NCBI RefSeq assembly: GCF_006345805.1
Contig: NC_042999.1
Span: forward strand, 149,668,001-149,732,000
Length of the DNA stretch: 64,000 nucleotides
Direction: 5' to 3'
From: Octopus sinensis
Lineage: Eukaryota
The position numbers and the translations under genes are program-made. The notes under the pieces are model-generated. The model was given only the letters and a program-made list of their open reading frames with translations. It made no database searches and was not told where the DNA came from. Position 1 is the stretch's first letter. Each line of letters begins with the position of its first letter. Of this stretch, positions 25,796 to 37,329 are shown piece by piece.

Positions 25796-25862
25796 TCAGC
25801 AGGGAATTGAACCTAGGCCGCCAGCGTGACAGGCGAGCATTCTATCATTGGGCCACCGACGA
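25792..25862 (-). tRNA. tRNA-Gly(GCC)-derived pseudogene, anticodon now GTC
   Basis: 71-nt minus-strand TCGTCGGTGGCCCAATGATAGAATGCTCGCCTGTCACGCTGGCGGCCTAGGTTCAATTCCCTGCTGATGCA aligns without gaps to invertebrate tRNA-Gly(GCC) as I recall it (about 58/71); several CpG-type transitions; no CCA. Confidence 0.8.
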
Positions 25863-25944
25863 TTGATGGTCACGGTTGAAGTGTCTTTCACCGTAGATCT
25901 GCTTCATTAGCGTTGACCAAGTCTGAAACAAATACAGTATAAAG

Positions 25945-26290
25945 CTTCTATGTGGTCGCCGAGCATGCAAGAAATAGCAGTCAAAACTTCCATAAAACTT
26001 CAAAAAAGAAGGTTGATGGATAACGTGTCGGTATGCATTATGACTGAAAGCTGACTTGATGGTCATTGCAGGAACATATATCTGAACTGCGGTTAAACAA
26101 CGACAGCAACAACAACAAGAGATTTGATGGAGATTTGGCAGCTATTTCTAGTATACTCGGTGCCATGTGGCTCCGAGTATGCTAGAAATAGCAGCCAAAT
26201 CTCCATCAAACTTCAAAAAAGAAGGTTCGATGGCCATGGTAGGAACTCATATGATCAGGTCTGAGCTAAACAATAATAACGACATTTTCC
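25945..26290 (+). mobile_element. Two tandem family E copies, the second with a fold-back 5' end
   Basis: ...AGAAATAGCAG.CAAA...CTTCAAAAAAGAAGGTT occurs twice, each followed by an (A)AC-rich tail. Confidence 0.7.
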
Positions 26291-26299
26291 TGTTAGTAG

Positions 26300-27200
26300 C
26301 AACAGCATCAACACCACAACATCCTATACAACAATCATCAACTCAACACACCACCACCACCACCTCCGCCACGGTCACCACCATCACCGCCTTTACCACC
26401 GTGCCCACCTCCTCTACATCAACACAACTATCACCAACGAAAACATCACCATCATTGCCACCACCACCACCACCACCATCACAACAACAATTACTTCAAT
26501 CGTTATTACCACTATTCACCCCACCGCCATTTCCACCAATACCAAAATCCCCAAAACTAATCACCACCACCACCATTATCCCCACCATCATCACCACCAC
26601 CACCACCACCACCATTATCACCACCACCACTACCACCATTATCACCACCACCACCACCACCATTATCACCACCACCATCACCACCACCACCATCACCATT
26701 ACTACCACCATTATCACCATCACCACCACCATTATCACCAACACCATCACCACCACCACCATCACCACCACCACCACCACCATTATCACCACCACCACCA
26801 CCACCATTATCACCACCACCACTACCACCATTATCACCACCACCACCACCACCACCATTATCACCACCACCACCACCACCATTATCACCACCACCATCAC
26901 CACCACCACCATCACCATTACTACCACCATTATCACCATCACCACCACCACCACCACTACTACCACCATTATCATCACCACCACCACCACCATTATCACC
27001 ACCACCATCACCACCACCACCACCACCACCATTATCATCACCACCACCACCACCACCATTATCATCACCACCACCATTATCATCACCACCACCACTACCA
27101 CCATTATCACCATCACCTTCACCACTACCACCATTATCACCACCACCATCACCACCACCACCACCACAACTACCACTCCTACCATCAGCACAGCAAAAAG
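26300..27200. repeat. Trinucleotide mosaic (ACC/ATC/ATT) with an 18-bp subunit and a ~219-bp higher-order repeat
   Basis: CATCACCATTACTACCACCATTATCACCATCACC at 26691 and 26910. Confidence 0.9.
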
Positions 27201-27544
27201 AAATACAAAAACTCTGTGTTAGCTTGACCTGTTAGAAATAGTGGCTAAAAACTGCCTCAAATCACACCTTGCACTTTTAATGAACCTTGAAGTACACAAT
27301 GTGTAGGAGAAATACAAGAAACTAAAAGAAGGAAAAACTAGCTGGTTTGTCATTATTGGAGCACCTTTAATTATACGTCTATAGGATGATGAGTGACCGA
27401 GGGTTAAACAACCGAAGTTGCTGCTGCTGCTGCTGCTGAACTTCAATACAGTTTTATATGACAAACTATAAATATTCGATATTTCCAATGAGTAGATAAG
27501 TACAACTCATCATCACGTGCTTCTACCCACCTCACCCCACCACT

Positions 27545-27688
27545 CACACCTTCTCTTCTTCTTCTCGATCTCTCTGTCGCTCTCTCCCGCTCTCTCGCTC
27601 TTCATCTCTCAAACTGTGTATATATGAATGTATGCATACATACACGCACGCGCACACACACACACGCACACACGCGCACACATTGAGA

Positions 27689-27723
<35 letters not shown>

Positions 27724-27916
27724 TTCTCTCTCTCTCCCTCTCAATCTCCCTCCTTCTCTCTCTCTCTCTTTCTCTCTCTCTCCCTCTCACTCTCTCTCCT
27801 TCTCTCTCTCATTCTCTCTCCCCTCTTTCTCTCCTCTTTTTCTCTCTCCCTTTCATTCTCTCTCTCTATACATATATTATATATACATATATATACATAC
27901 ATATAATATATGTATA

Positions 27917-27948
<32 letters not shown>

Positions 27949-27977
27949 TAATATACATATATATATATATATATATA

Positions 27978-28010
<33 letters not shown>

Positions 28011-28022
28011 ATATATATATAC

Positions 28023-28057
<35 letters not shown>

Positions 28058-28180
28058 CATATATATGAATGTATATATGTTTGCATGAATGTATGTGTGT
28101 ATGTGCATATGTATTTTTGCATATGTGTATGTGCGTATTTTGCATACACATAGGTATGTATGCATGTATGCATGTAATGT
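27545..28180. repeat. Compound CT/CA/TA microsatellites
   Basis: Direct inspection. Confidence 0.95.
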
Positions 28181-28590
28181 TATCTGATGAGATGGATTTA
28201 TAAATATGAAATTATTGAAACGAACATAATGAAGGATTTGAAAAAAATCAATAGTTTGCTTTCTGGAATTATTTCAATTTTATGGGGATCTTTTCCTGCG
28301 TTTTAGCTTCACTCCAAATATATGCAACTTTATACTTAAGTATGCAATGTCGGAATATAGGAGTTTAGACATGGCTTAGATATGGAGCCCTAATTCTTGT
28401 GATAATGCGTCACAGACATGTAAAGCACGTCATAAGTTTTTACACATACATACATACATACATACATACATGCATGCATACATACATATATACATACATA
28501 CATACATACATACATACATACATACATACATGCATGCATGCATACCTGCACACATGCATATATACATGCATGCATATATACATACAGTAT

Positions 28591-28836
28591 AAGTATTAAG
28601 TATTAAGGCGGCGAGCTGGCAGACACGTTAGCGCGCCGGGCGAAATGCGTAGCAGTATTTCGTCTGCCGTTACGTTCCGAGTTCAAATTCCGCCGAGGTC
28701 GACTTTGCCTTTCTACCTTTCGGAGTCGATAAATTAAGTACCAGTTACGCACTGGGGTCGATGTAATCGACTTAATCCCTTTGTCTGTCTTTGTTTGTTC
28801 CCTCTATGTTTAGCCCCTTGTGGGTAGTAAAGAAAT
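28591..28836 (+). mobile_element. SINE-B, full length, flanked by a ~90-105-bp direct repeat
   Basis: Head at 28605, tail AAAGAAATA at ~28836; identical 50-bp core in the flanks at 28541-28590 and 28878-28927. Confidence 0.92.
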
Positions 28837-28944
28837 ATATACATACATACATACATACATACATGCATGCATGCATGCATACCTGCACACATGCATATAT
28901 ACATGCATGCATATATACATACAGTATGTGTGCGCGCATGTACA

Positions 28945-29985
28945 TAATTGTATGTTAGGCTGTCAGATGATTTTGTTGTTTTTTCTCCCCATTTATTTTA
29001 ATCCTTATCTTTCTATCCACAATTTCAACAAATCAGTCAATAATATATATTCTGTTTCTTTATTACCCACAAGGGGCTAAACATAGAGGGGACAAACAAG
29101 GACAGACAAGCGGATTAAATCGATTACATCGACCCCAGTGCGTAACTGGTACTTAATTTATCGACCCCGAAAGGTAGAAAGGCAAAGTCGACCTCGGCGG
29201 AAATTGAACTCAGAACGTAACGGCAGACGAAATACGGCTACGCATTTCGCCCGGCGTGCTAACGGTTCTGCCAGCTCGCCGTCCTATCAGTCAATAATGT
29301 ATATTCTCCTTCATCGCTCACGACTTCTTGCCAACGTTCCACCTACATGTCAATACCTTGACAATAGAAATCATCGGGTCTTAATTAGAATGATTCATCG
29401 AACCACGTTTTCAGTTCTACGTTGTTTCTCAACGAAACACCTCGCAGACTGTTGGAAAGCTACCGATAAAACGTGATAATCTGAAAGCTCTATATCGGAA
29501 GAACACGGCAGGTGCGGTTGAAGCTTTCGCTCGAACTCTGGAAATGCATTTTTAGTCAAATCAGTAACGTAGAGCGAGCATTGTCCTGTTGAAGGACCAT
29601 TCTGTATCGCTGGTCGAATCATTTCAGCTGAGTTGCTCATCGAGTGAACGCGACGGGTGACTGTATCATGAAAGTATCTCATTTGCTGGGCCAATTCCCA
29701 GATGGAATGGTACGGATCCTCGTAGATGAACTGATTCAATTGATCCTCATTCAACTGAATGGGTCATCAGGAATATGGTCATAAGTAACAGTGCCTTTTT
29801 ATCTACACAGCACAAATGTCTCGAGCGGTTTTGTCAGCTTTGGGGCCTTGACTGAAAGCGAACAGAAGAAGAAGCCGAAAATACACATTGTTTCTACTTC
29901 GAACCTCATATCATACGCCAGGAAAGAGAAGAGATGATTCTTTTTTTTTTTTCAAATTTCAAAAACGATAAACAAAAGCTGTATT
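28945..29985 (-). mobile_element. Decayed, internally deleted mariner interrupted by SINE-B
   Basis: EDPYHSIWELAQ; PCSSDIELSDYH (decayed YSPDIAPSDYH); VERWQEVVSDEGEY; ends approximate. Confidence 0.7.
29053..29285 (-). mobile_element. SINE-B, full length, 21-bp TSD
   Basis: ATCAGTCAATAAT(A/G)TATATTC at 29032-29052 and 29286-29306. Confidence 0.93.
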
Positions 29986-30012
29986 ATATATATATATATA
30001 TATATAATATAT

Positions 30013-30068
<56 letters not shown>

Positions 30069-30082
30069 TTATACATATATAT

Positions 30083-30134
<52 letters not shown>

Positions 30135-30577
30135 CCTGATGATTCCTTTGCTGTAGAGTAAGGGACTTCATCCTATATTGCTTAGTAGTAAACTCGATGC
30201 TTGCTACAGGAGGACTGGTAACCATTACAATTTGTAGCGGCGCGAAGGTCTGGACGTTGTTTCTGAGGCTGACCAAAGAATTTTTATTTTAGATATAAGT
30301 GATGTACTCAAGTGTAGTTATGTTTTTAGCTTGTGCTTTTTCCATGATCATACGTGAGTATTTTATTTATATCCCTTCGAAAGTTCTATGAAGAAGGAAT
30401 ATATCTTTTTTTATAAGATTAAGTCCGAAATTGATTCAATATAGAGATAACGAAATTTAAATTTTCTAAAGGTTAGTTGCCCGTTTTCAGTTTCAATTTT
30501 CTGTGTAACAAGCGGATTATAAGTGGATAAAAACAGTGTATTTGGCTTTAGAATAACCTCTTTAGCCCTTAATTATA

Positions 30578-30671
<94 letters not shown>

Positions 30672-30680
30672 TATATATAT

Positions 30681-31092
30681 CTATTTTGTATCTTTTTTTC
30701 TTTTATCTGTTTCAGTCATTTGACTGCGACCATGCTGGAGCAATGCCTTTAGTCGAACAAACCGACCCCAGGACTTATTCTTCGTAAGCCTAGTACTTAT
30801 TCTATCGGCCCCCGTTGCCGAACCGCTAGGTTTAGGGAACGTAAATTCACCACCATCGGTTATCAAGCGATGGTGGGGAGACAAACACACACACACAACA
30901 CACACACACACACACACACACACATAAATACATACATATATACGATGGCCTTCTTTCAGTTTCCGTCTACCAAATCCACTTAGCTCGAGGTTATAGTAGA
31001 AGACACTTGCCCAAGGTGTCATGCAGTGGGACTTAACCCAGAATCATGTGGTAGAGAAGCAAGCTACTTACCACACAGCCACGCCTGTGCCT
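30681..31092 (-). mobile_element. SINE-D, near full length
   Basis: Tail, internal (CA)n and head match the other copies. Confidence 0.9.
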
Positions 31093-31107
31093 ATATTCAT
31101 AATTCTT

Positions 31108-31320
31108 TACTATTATAGGCACAAAGTCTGCAATTTAGAGGGGAGGGTTTTAGTCGACAACATCGACGCCAGTACTCAACCGGTACTTAGTTTATCGACC
31201 CCGAAAGGATGAAAGACAAATCGACTTCGCAGGAATTTGAAGTTAGGACTTAAAGACGGACGGAATGCCGCTAAGCATTTTGTCCGGCGTGCTCAGGATT
31301 CTACCAGCTCACTGACTTCG
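31108..31320 (-). mobile_element. SINE-A
   Basis: CTATTATAGGCACAAAG tail and degenerate core and head. Confidence 0.8.
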
Positions 31321-31340
31321 TCATATTAATAAATAATAAT

Positions 31341-31723
31341 GTGGAGGCGCAATGGCCCAGTGATTAGGGTAGCGGACTTGCAGTCATAAGATAACGGTTT
31401 CGATACTAAGACCAGGGGTTGTGAGTGTTTATTGAGCGAAAACATCTAAAGCTCCACGAGCCTCCCGCAGAGAGTGGTGGCGAACCCTGCTGTATTCTTT
31501 CACCACTACTTTCTCTCGCTCTTTCTTCCTGTTTCTGTTATACCTCTATTTCAAAGGGTCGGCTTTGTCACACTCTGTGTCACGCTGAATCTCCCCGAGA
31601 ACTACGTTATGGGTACACGTGTCTGTGGAGTGCTCAGCCACTTGCACGTTAATTTCACGAGCAGACTGTTCTGTTGATCGGATCAACTGGAACCCGCATC
31701 GTCGTAACCGACGGAGTACCACG
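31341..31723 (+). mobile_element. SINE-C, full length
   Basis: Head GTGGAGGCGCAATGGCCCAGTG; TSD AAATAATAAT at 31331-31340 and 31724-31733. Confidence 0.9.
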
Positions 31724-31754
31724 AAATAATAATAAAAAGGAGAAAAAAGAAAAA

Positions 31755-31985
31755 AGAAGGCGGCGAGCTGGCAGAATCGTTAGCACACCTGGCGAAATGC
31801 TTAGTGGCATTTCGTCCGTCTTTACGTCCTTTACGTTCTGAGTTCAAATGCCACCGAGGTCGACTTTGCTTCTCATTCTTCCGGGATCGATAAAATAAGT
31901 AGCAGTTGAACACTGGGGTCAATGAAATCGACTTAACTCCTCCCTCTAAAAAGTTGACCTTGTACCAAAACTTGAAGCCTATAAA
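31755..31985 (+). mobile_element. SINE-A
   Basis: AAGGCGGCGAGCTGGCAGAATCG head, core and A-type tail. Confidence 0.85.
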
Positions 31986-32194
31986 AAGAAAAAAGATAGT
32001 CAGAAATATTTGGTTCATTTAATTTATTTATAAACAAAAAGGAAAAGTTCTAAAATTTTCCTCGAGAAATGGAGATCAAATACATCTTAAAGGTAAATGC
32101 TTTTGAGCAATTATTTCTTTTCATTTCCTTCGGACAATTTGAAGATATTTTAAATCTATATATATAAAGAAACGATACCGCCATAACTTTTGAC

Positions 32195-32276
<82 letters not shown>

Positions 32277-32559
32277 CTACATACACACGCACACACTCAC
32301 ACTCACACACATACTCACGTTACCATAGCAACATTCGGCTGTAGGAAATCTACCTCAAAGAATTTCTGTTACTGTGGTAACGGGCCTAAAGTACCCAGAG
32401 TGAAGTCGCTTGGCGCAGATTGACCTTGAACTCTGTTGCGCATGCACACTTAAGTTATAACATTCTTGCTCATTTCCGTTGTTTATAGCAGGGCTTGGAA
32501 GTAAAGTGTGTAGAGTGTGGTCGTCTCAAAAGGATCGGGTTTTAGCTGCGCAATATTGT

Positions 32560-33359
32560 CTTGGTTGTGATGAGGAAGATGAAAACATTTTGGAAACAGT
32601 CATAACAGGTGGCGAATCGTAGGTCAAAGGTTATGGCCACGAGACAAAAGTTCAGTCTTCGCAATGGAAGACCCCCACCCCCACCCGACAAGACTTTAAG
32701 ACGTCAAGGAAATCCAAGAAAATGCGATGCGGTAACTGCTCGCTGTCCTTCAAAAAAGGAGTTCCAGGAATGCTTCCATCCATGGAAACGACCCTGATTA
32801 AAGTGTGTGACTTTTGAAGGGGTGAAACTTCAAACGAGATCAAATTGCCGAATTGATAGGTATTGTATGATAGGTATTGAAAAGGCAGCGAGCTGGCGGA
32901 AATGTTAGAACTCCGGGCGAAATACTTTACGGTATTTCGTCTGCCGTTACGTTCTGAGTTCAAATTCCACCGAAGTCGACTTTGCCGTTCATCCTTTCGG
33001 GGTCGATTAAATAAGTACCAGTTACGCACTGGGGTCGATATAATCGACTTCATCCGTTTGTCTGTCCTTGTTTGTCCTCTCTATGTTTAGCCCCTTGTGG
33101 GTAATAAAGAAATAGGTATTTCGTCTGCCACTACGTTCTGAGTTCAAATTCCACTGAGGCCGACTTTGCCTTTCATTCTTTCGGGGTCGATTAAATAAGT
33201 ACCAGTTACGCACTGGAGTCGATATAATCGACTTAATCCGTTTGTCTGTCCTTGTTTGTCCTCTCTGTGTTTAGCCCCTTGTGGGTAGTAAAGAAATAGG
33301 TATTGTATGATAGTTTTCTTTTTATAGCACTTGTCCCAATACTTTTTGACCAGTCCTCG
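32560..33359 (+). mobile_element. Internally deleted mariner (irritans-like) interrupted by a SINE-B dimer
   Basis: DENILETVITGGES*VKGYGHETKVQSSQWK; KKEFQECFHPWKR; right TIR GTCCCAATACTTTTTGACCAGTCCTCG|TA at 33333-33361. Confidence 0.75.
32874..33298 (+). mobile_element. SINE-B dimer with a 15-bp TSD
   Basis: GGTATTGTATGATAG at 32859-32873 and 33299-33313; internal junction AAATA|GGTATTTCG at 33115. Confidence 0.92.
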
Positions 33360-33739
33360 TACATATTGTGTGTGTGTGTGTGTGTGTGTGAGTGTGCGAG
33401 TGTTCAAGGTCATCGCTCAATCAGGGCTGACAATGTAGCGGTGTCTGAATGAGCAAGCCTAGGCAGGTTTATTTTGTGGGAGACCAGCAACTGCCCATGC
33501 ATGCAAGTCTCCTCTCTCCTCTCTTCAAACCACTATGCTGTCCTGCATAAACGGAATGCATGCTTAAGACATATAAATGAACGTAAATAACAAATCCGGT
33601 TTTTTAAAGATAAATCTTTCATTTTTATGAGAGACAGCTGGAAAGTGTACACATTACATGTTATATCATTCCCTAACCCGAGCCCTAGCCCTAACAGTTA
33701 TATGGTCTTGCGTTCTAAAAGTTCATGTTCTGACCCCAT

Positions 33740-34120
33740 ATATTCTTTTACTTGTTTCAATCAGCTGACTGCGGCCATGCTGGAGCACAGCCTCTAGTCG
33801 AACAAATAGACCCCAGGACTTATTCTTTGTATGCCGAGCACTTATTCTATTATCGGTCTCTTTTGCCGAACCACTAAGTTCCGGGAACGCAAACACACCG
33901 ACATCGTTTCTCAAGCGATGGTGAGGGAACAAACAGAGGCACACACACAAATTTACAAACACACACACATCCGCGACGGGGTTCTTTCAGTTTCCGTCTA
34001 CCAAATCCCCTCACGCCCCCAGGTTATAGTGGAGAACACTTGCCGAAGTTCCATGCAGTGGGACTGAACCCGGAACCAAGTGGCTGTGAAGCAAGCATCT
34101 ACCACACAGCCACTCCTGCG

Positions 34121-34125
<5 letters not shown>
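33740..34125 (-). mobile_element. SINE-D
   Basis: Tail, CA tract and head ...GCCACTCCTGCGCCT. Confidence 0.9.
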
Positions 34126-34160
<35 letters not shown>

Positions 34161-34301
34161 TATATATAATATATATATATAGATAGTAGATAGATAGATA
34201 TTTATATATATATACACATAGATAGATAGATAGATACATACATACATACATACATACATACATACATACATGAATACATACATACATACATACATAATAC
34301 A

Positions 34302-34344
<43 letters not shown>

Positions 34345-34892
34345 CATACATACATACATGCATGTATGCATTTATACACATACACATGTACATACATAGA
34401 TAAGTATTTATAAATATCTGTACACAAACACATATATGTATACATATACAGAGGTCCACAAAAAGTGTATACACACTTTAACAGCTGATTGCTCGCTTAA
34501 TTTTCACTTCATTTTAGATTTAGACCATTAGAAAGAATGAAGCCAGACTAAGCGTTGAACAAAGGAAATTTGTTCAAAAGTATTATTGCAAGGACAGTTT
34601 AGTGGGTAATTTTAAACAGATCCATCTACGTGACTTATCGTCACTCACATTAGAGATAAGTTTCAAACAGATGGAACGATTCAGTATGTCCATAGGAAAT
34701 TTAGTATTGGAAATGGATTTTTAGAGTTCGAGAAAAGCAGGTTGTCAAATACGAATTTGAAAATCAAGCGTCTGTCACATTTTGAAGTACTGTCATTGGA
34801 AACGCTACATACCAAGAACAGTCCGATACTTTCAATGAAGATGATGATTGTGTGTGTGTGTGATGGTTTTCAACTTGATTTTGATTATATAT

Positions 34893-35122
34893 TTCTCTAC
34901 TACCCACAAGGGGCTAAACACAGAGGGGACAAACAAGGACAGACAAACGGATTAAGTCGATTACATCGACCCCAGTGCGTAACTGGTACTCAATTTATCG
35001 ACCCCGAAAGGATGAAAGGCAAAGTCGACCTCGGCGGAATTTTAACCTAGAGAGTAACGGCAGACGAAATACGGCTACGCATTTCGCCCGGCGTGCTAAC
35101 GATTCTGCCAGCTCGCCGCCTT
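34893..35122 (-). mobile_element. SINE-B, full length
   Basis: Tail TATTTCTCTACTACCCAC through head GCCAGCTCGCCGCCTT. Confidence 0.9.
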
Positions 35123-35751
35123 ACTTTTTCTTCACAGACAAACGCCTTTAACAGATTTGAAAGCATTTCTCCCATGGGCTCTCACATGATTACCTAGCTC
35201 TGGTTTTGTTTCAAATATGGCGTATCATCGTGTCAAAAATCACAGCACAGCAACATCTGCTCCGCCCTTGTGCATTCGTCCAAAATAGATTTTCAGTCCT
35301 TTAGTAAATGAGCTCACCTCTGGAAATAATGAAAGGTATTGTTCTGCTGGAACTATGTGAAGCGGTATGCAATTAAACATTACATGCTGCTCTTCCGATA
35401 TGTAACCTTTTATAGATGATAAGTTCGGCTTTTGAACTTGTAATATGACCACAGAATGCATAGGCGATATCATCTCTGAACCCTCTACTATACAGAACTT
35501 TAACAGCCTGAATTTTGGAGACATTACATTTCATTATTTGATAGATGATTCCAATTTTCTCAAACTGCAGACTATTTCTCCTAATTATAAAGTCATTCGC
35601 TTCAATTCCATGCAAGACAGTCCTAATAAGATTGTGTTTCATACGACATCGTGAAATCTCTTTTCTGACTAGTGTCGAGGAGGATTATGAAGAACTAATT
35701 CTCCTAATCGCTTCAGAACCCTAAAATCATTAAGTATCATATACAAACATT

Positions 35752-36063
35752 ATGTGGAGGCACAATGGCCCAGTGGTTAGGGCAGCAGACTCGCGGTCGG
35801 AGGATCGAGGTTTCTATTCAAAGACCGGGCGTTGTGTGTGTTTATTGAGCGAAAACGCCTAAAGCTCCACGAGGCTCCGGTAGGGGGGGGGGCGACCCCT
35901 GTTGTACTCTTTCACCCCAACTTTCTCTCACTCTTTCTTCCTGTTTCTTGAGTAACGCTGCGACGGACTGACGTCCCGTCCAGCTGGGGGGAACACATAC
36001 GCCATAGAAACCGTGAAACCGGGCCCATGAGCCCGGTTTGAATAGGGCGCATAGATAAAAATA
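35752..36063 (+). mobile_element. SINE with a SINE-C head and body but a different (V-domain-like) 3' half
   Basis: TSD ATACAAACATT at 35741-35751 and 36064-36074; diverges from 31341 after CTTCCTGTTTCT into GCTGCGACGGACTGACGTCCCGTCCAG. Confidence 0.85.
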
Positions 36064-36254
36064 ATACAAACATTGTACATGATACTTGGTAAGCTGTGTC
36101 AGCCTACTTTTTCCATTATTTCTATGTCGGATGTAAAAGATTCCAACTGATGTTTAATATACGCCTTAAACACCTCTGATGAAATCTCTGGAATATTTTG
36201 ATGTGGTGTTGATACGAGGTTCATGTCTCAGATAAGTTTGGGATGGAGATGACG

Positions 36255-36535
36255 CCTTGAGTGGATTTGGTAGGCGGAAACTGAAAGAAGCCCGTCATAT
36301 ATATATGAGTGCGTGTGTGTGTTTGTGTGTGTATGTTTGTCCCCCTACCTCCACTTGATAACCTGTGTTGGCACATTTACGTCCCCGTAAATTAGCGGTT
36401 CGTAAAAGGAACGATAGAATAAGTACCAGGCTTTAAATAATAAGTATGGGGGTTGATTCATTTAACTAAAAAAATTCTTCAAGGCGGTGCCCCAGCATGG
36501 CCGCAGTCAAATGACTGAAACAAGTAAAAGAAAAA
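36255..36535 (+). mobile_element. SINE-D, 5'-truncated
   Basis: GTGGATTTGGTAGGCGGAAACTGAAAGAAGCCCGTC through CCAGCATGGCCGCAGTCAAATGACTG. Confidence 0.85.
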
Positions 36536-37179
36536 GATTGATACTCTTCGTTAATACGTATGTCTACAGCCGTTTCTACAGAAAACTGATGAATATTTGC
36601 CTCATCTATAAGGGATGAGTTATAAAAAAAGAGCTATAAAATGCTAAATCTATCTCTTCAGAGTCATCATCATCATCATCATCATCATAGTTATTATCGA
36701 TGTCGTCATCGTCATGGTCGTCGTCGTCGTTGTCATTATCATCATCGTTTTAATGCTTATTTTTCCATGCTTGAAATGAGGGGACGAAATTCCCCGAGGC
36801 AGATTTTCTACGGCCGGATATCCTTCCTGTCGCCAACCCTCATTTGTTTCTAGGCAACATAATATATTCCCAGGACTGGATAAGTACTCGTAGAACAATG
36901 AAAACGGATGGCATCGCTTTATAAGATGACACTCGTTTATAATCACACGAAATCAAAACGTGGACGTGTTCAGGCACACACACACATACACACACATGCA
37001 TATACATATACATACGTATATGTGTATATGCGTGTTTATGTACGCGTGTATACTTCTCTGTCTCTCTCCCCCTAACCCCCTCTTTCTCTGTATATATGTG
37101 TGTGTGTTCAATTTCTCATGAGTCAGAAATATATAAAGTATTAAAGTGTGTATATTATTATTATTATTATTATTATTAT

Positions 37180-37231
<52 letters not shown>

Positions 37232-37233
37232 TA

Positions 37234-37270
<37 letters not shown>

Positions 37271-37329
37271 TATATATATATATATATTACTCATGCCTCA
37301 TGACAACTTATTAGCGAATGGTAATAAAT

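Noticed and set aside
25792-25862. Functional tRNA-Asp(GTC) gene
   Set aside because: The body is tRNA-Gly-like with mismatches in the D, anticodon and T stems, and it is fused to a SINE; reported as a pseudogene instead.
30134-30175. CTGATGA followed by a stem, hammerhead-ribozyme-like
   Set aside because: The conserved GAAA is missing and stems I and III cannot be built; it is a simple imperfect hairpin. The same failure applies to CTGATGA at ~28184 and ~36175.
35460-35500. ISSLNPLLY resembling a GPCR NPxxY motif on the plus strand
   Set aside because: The frame has many stops and no other transmembrane motifs.
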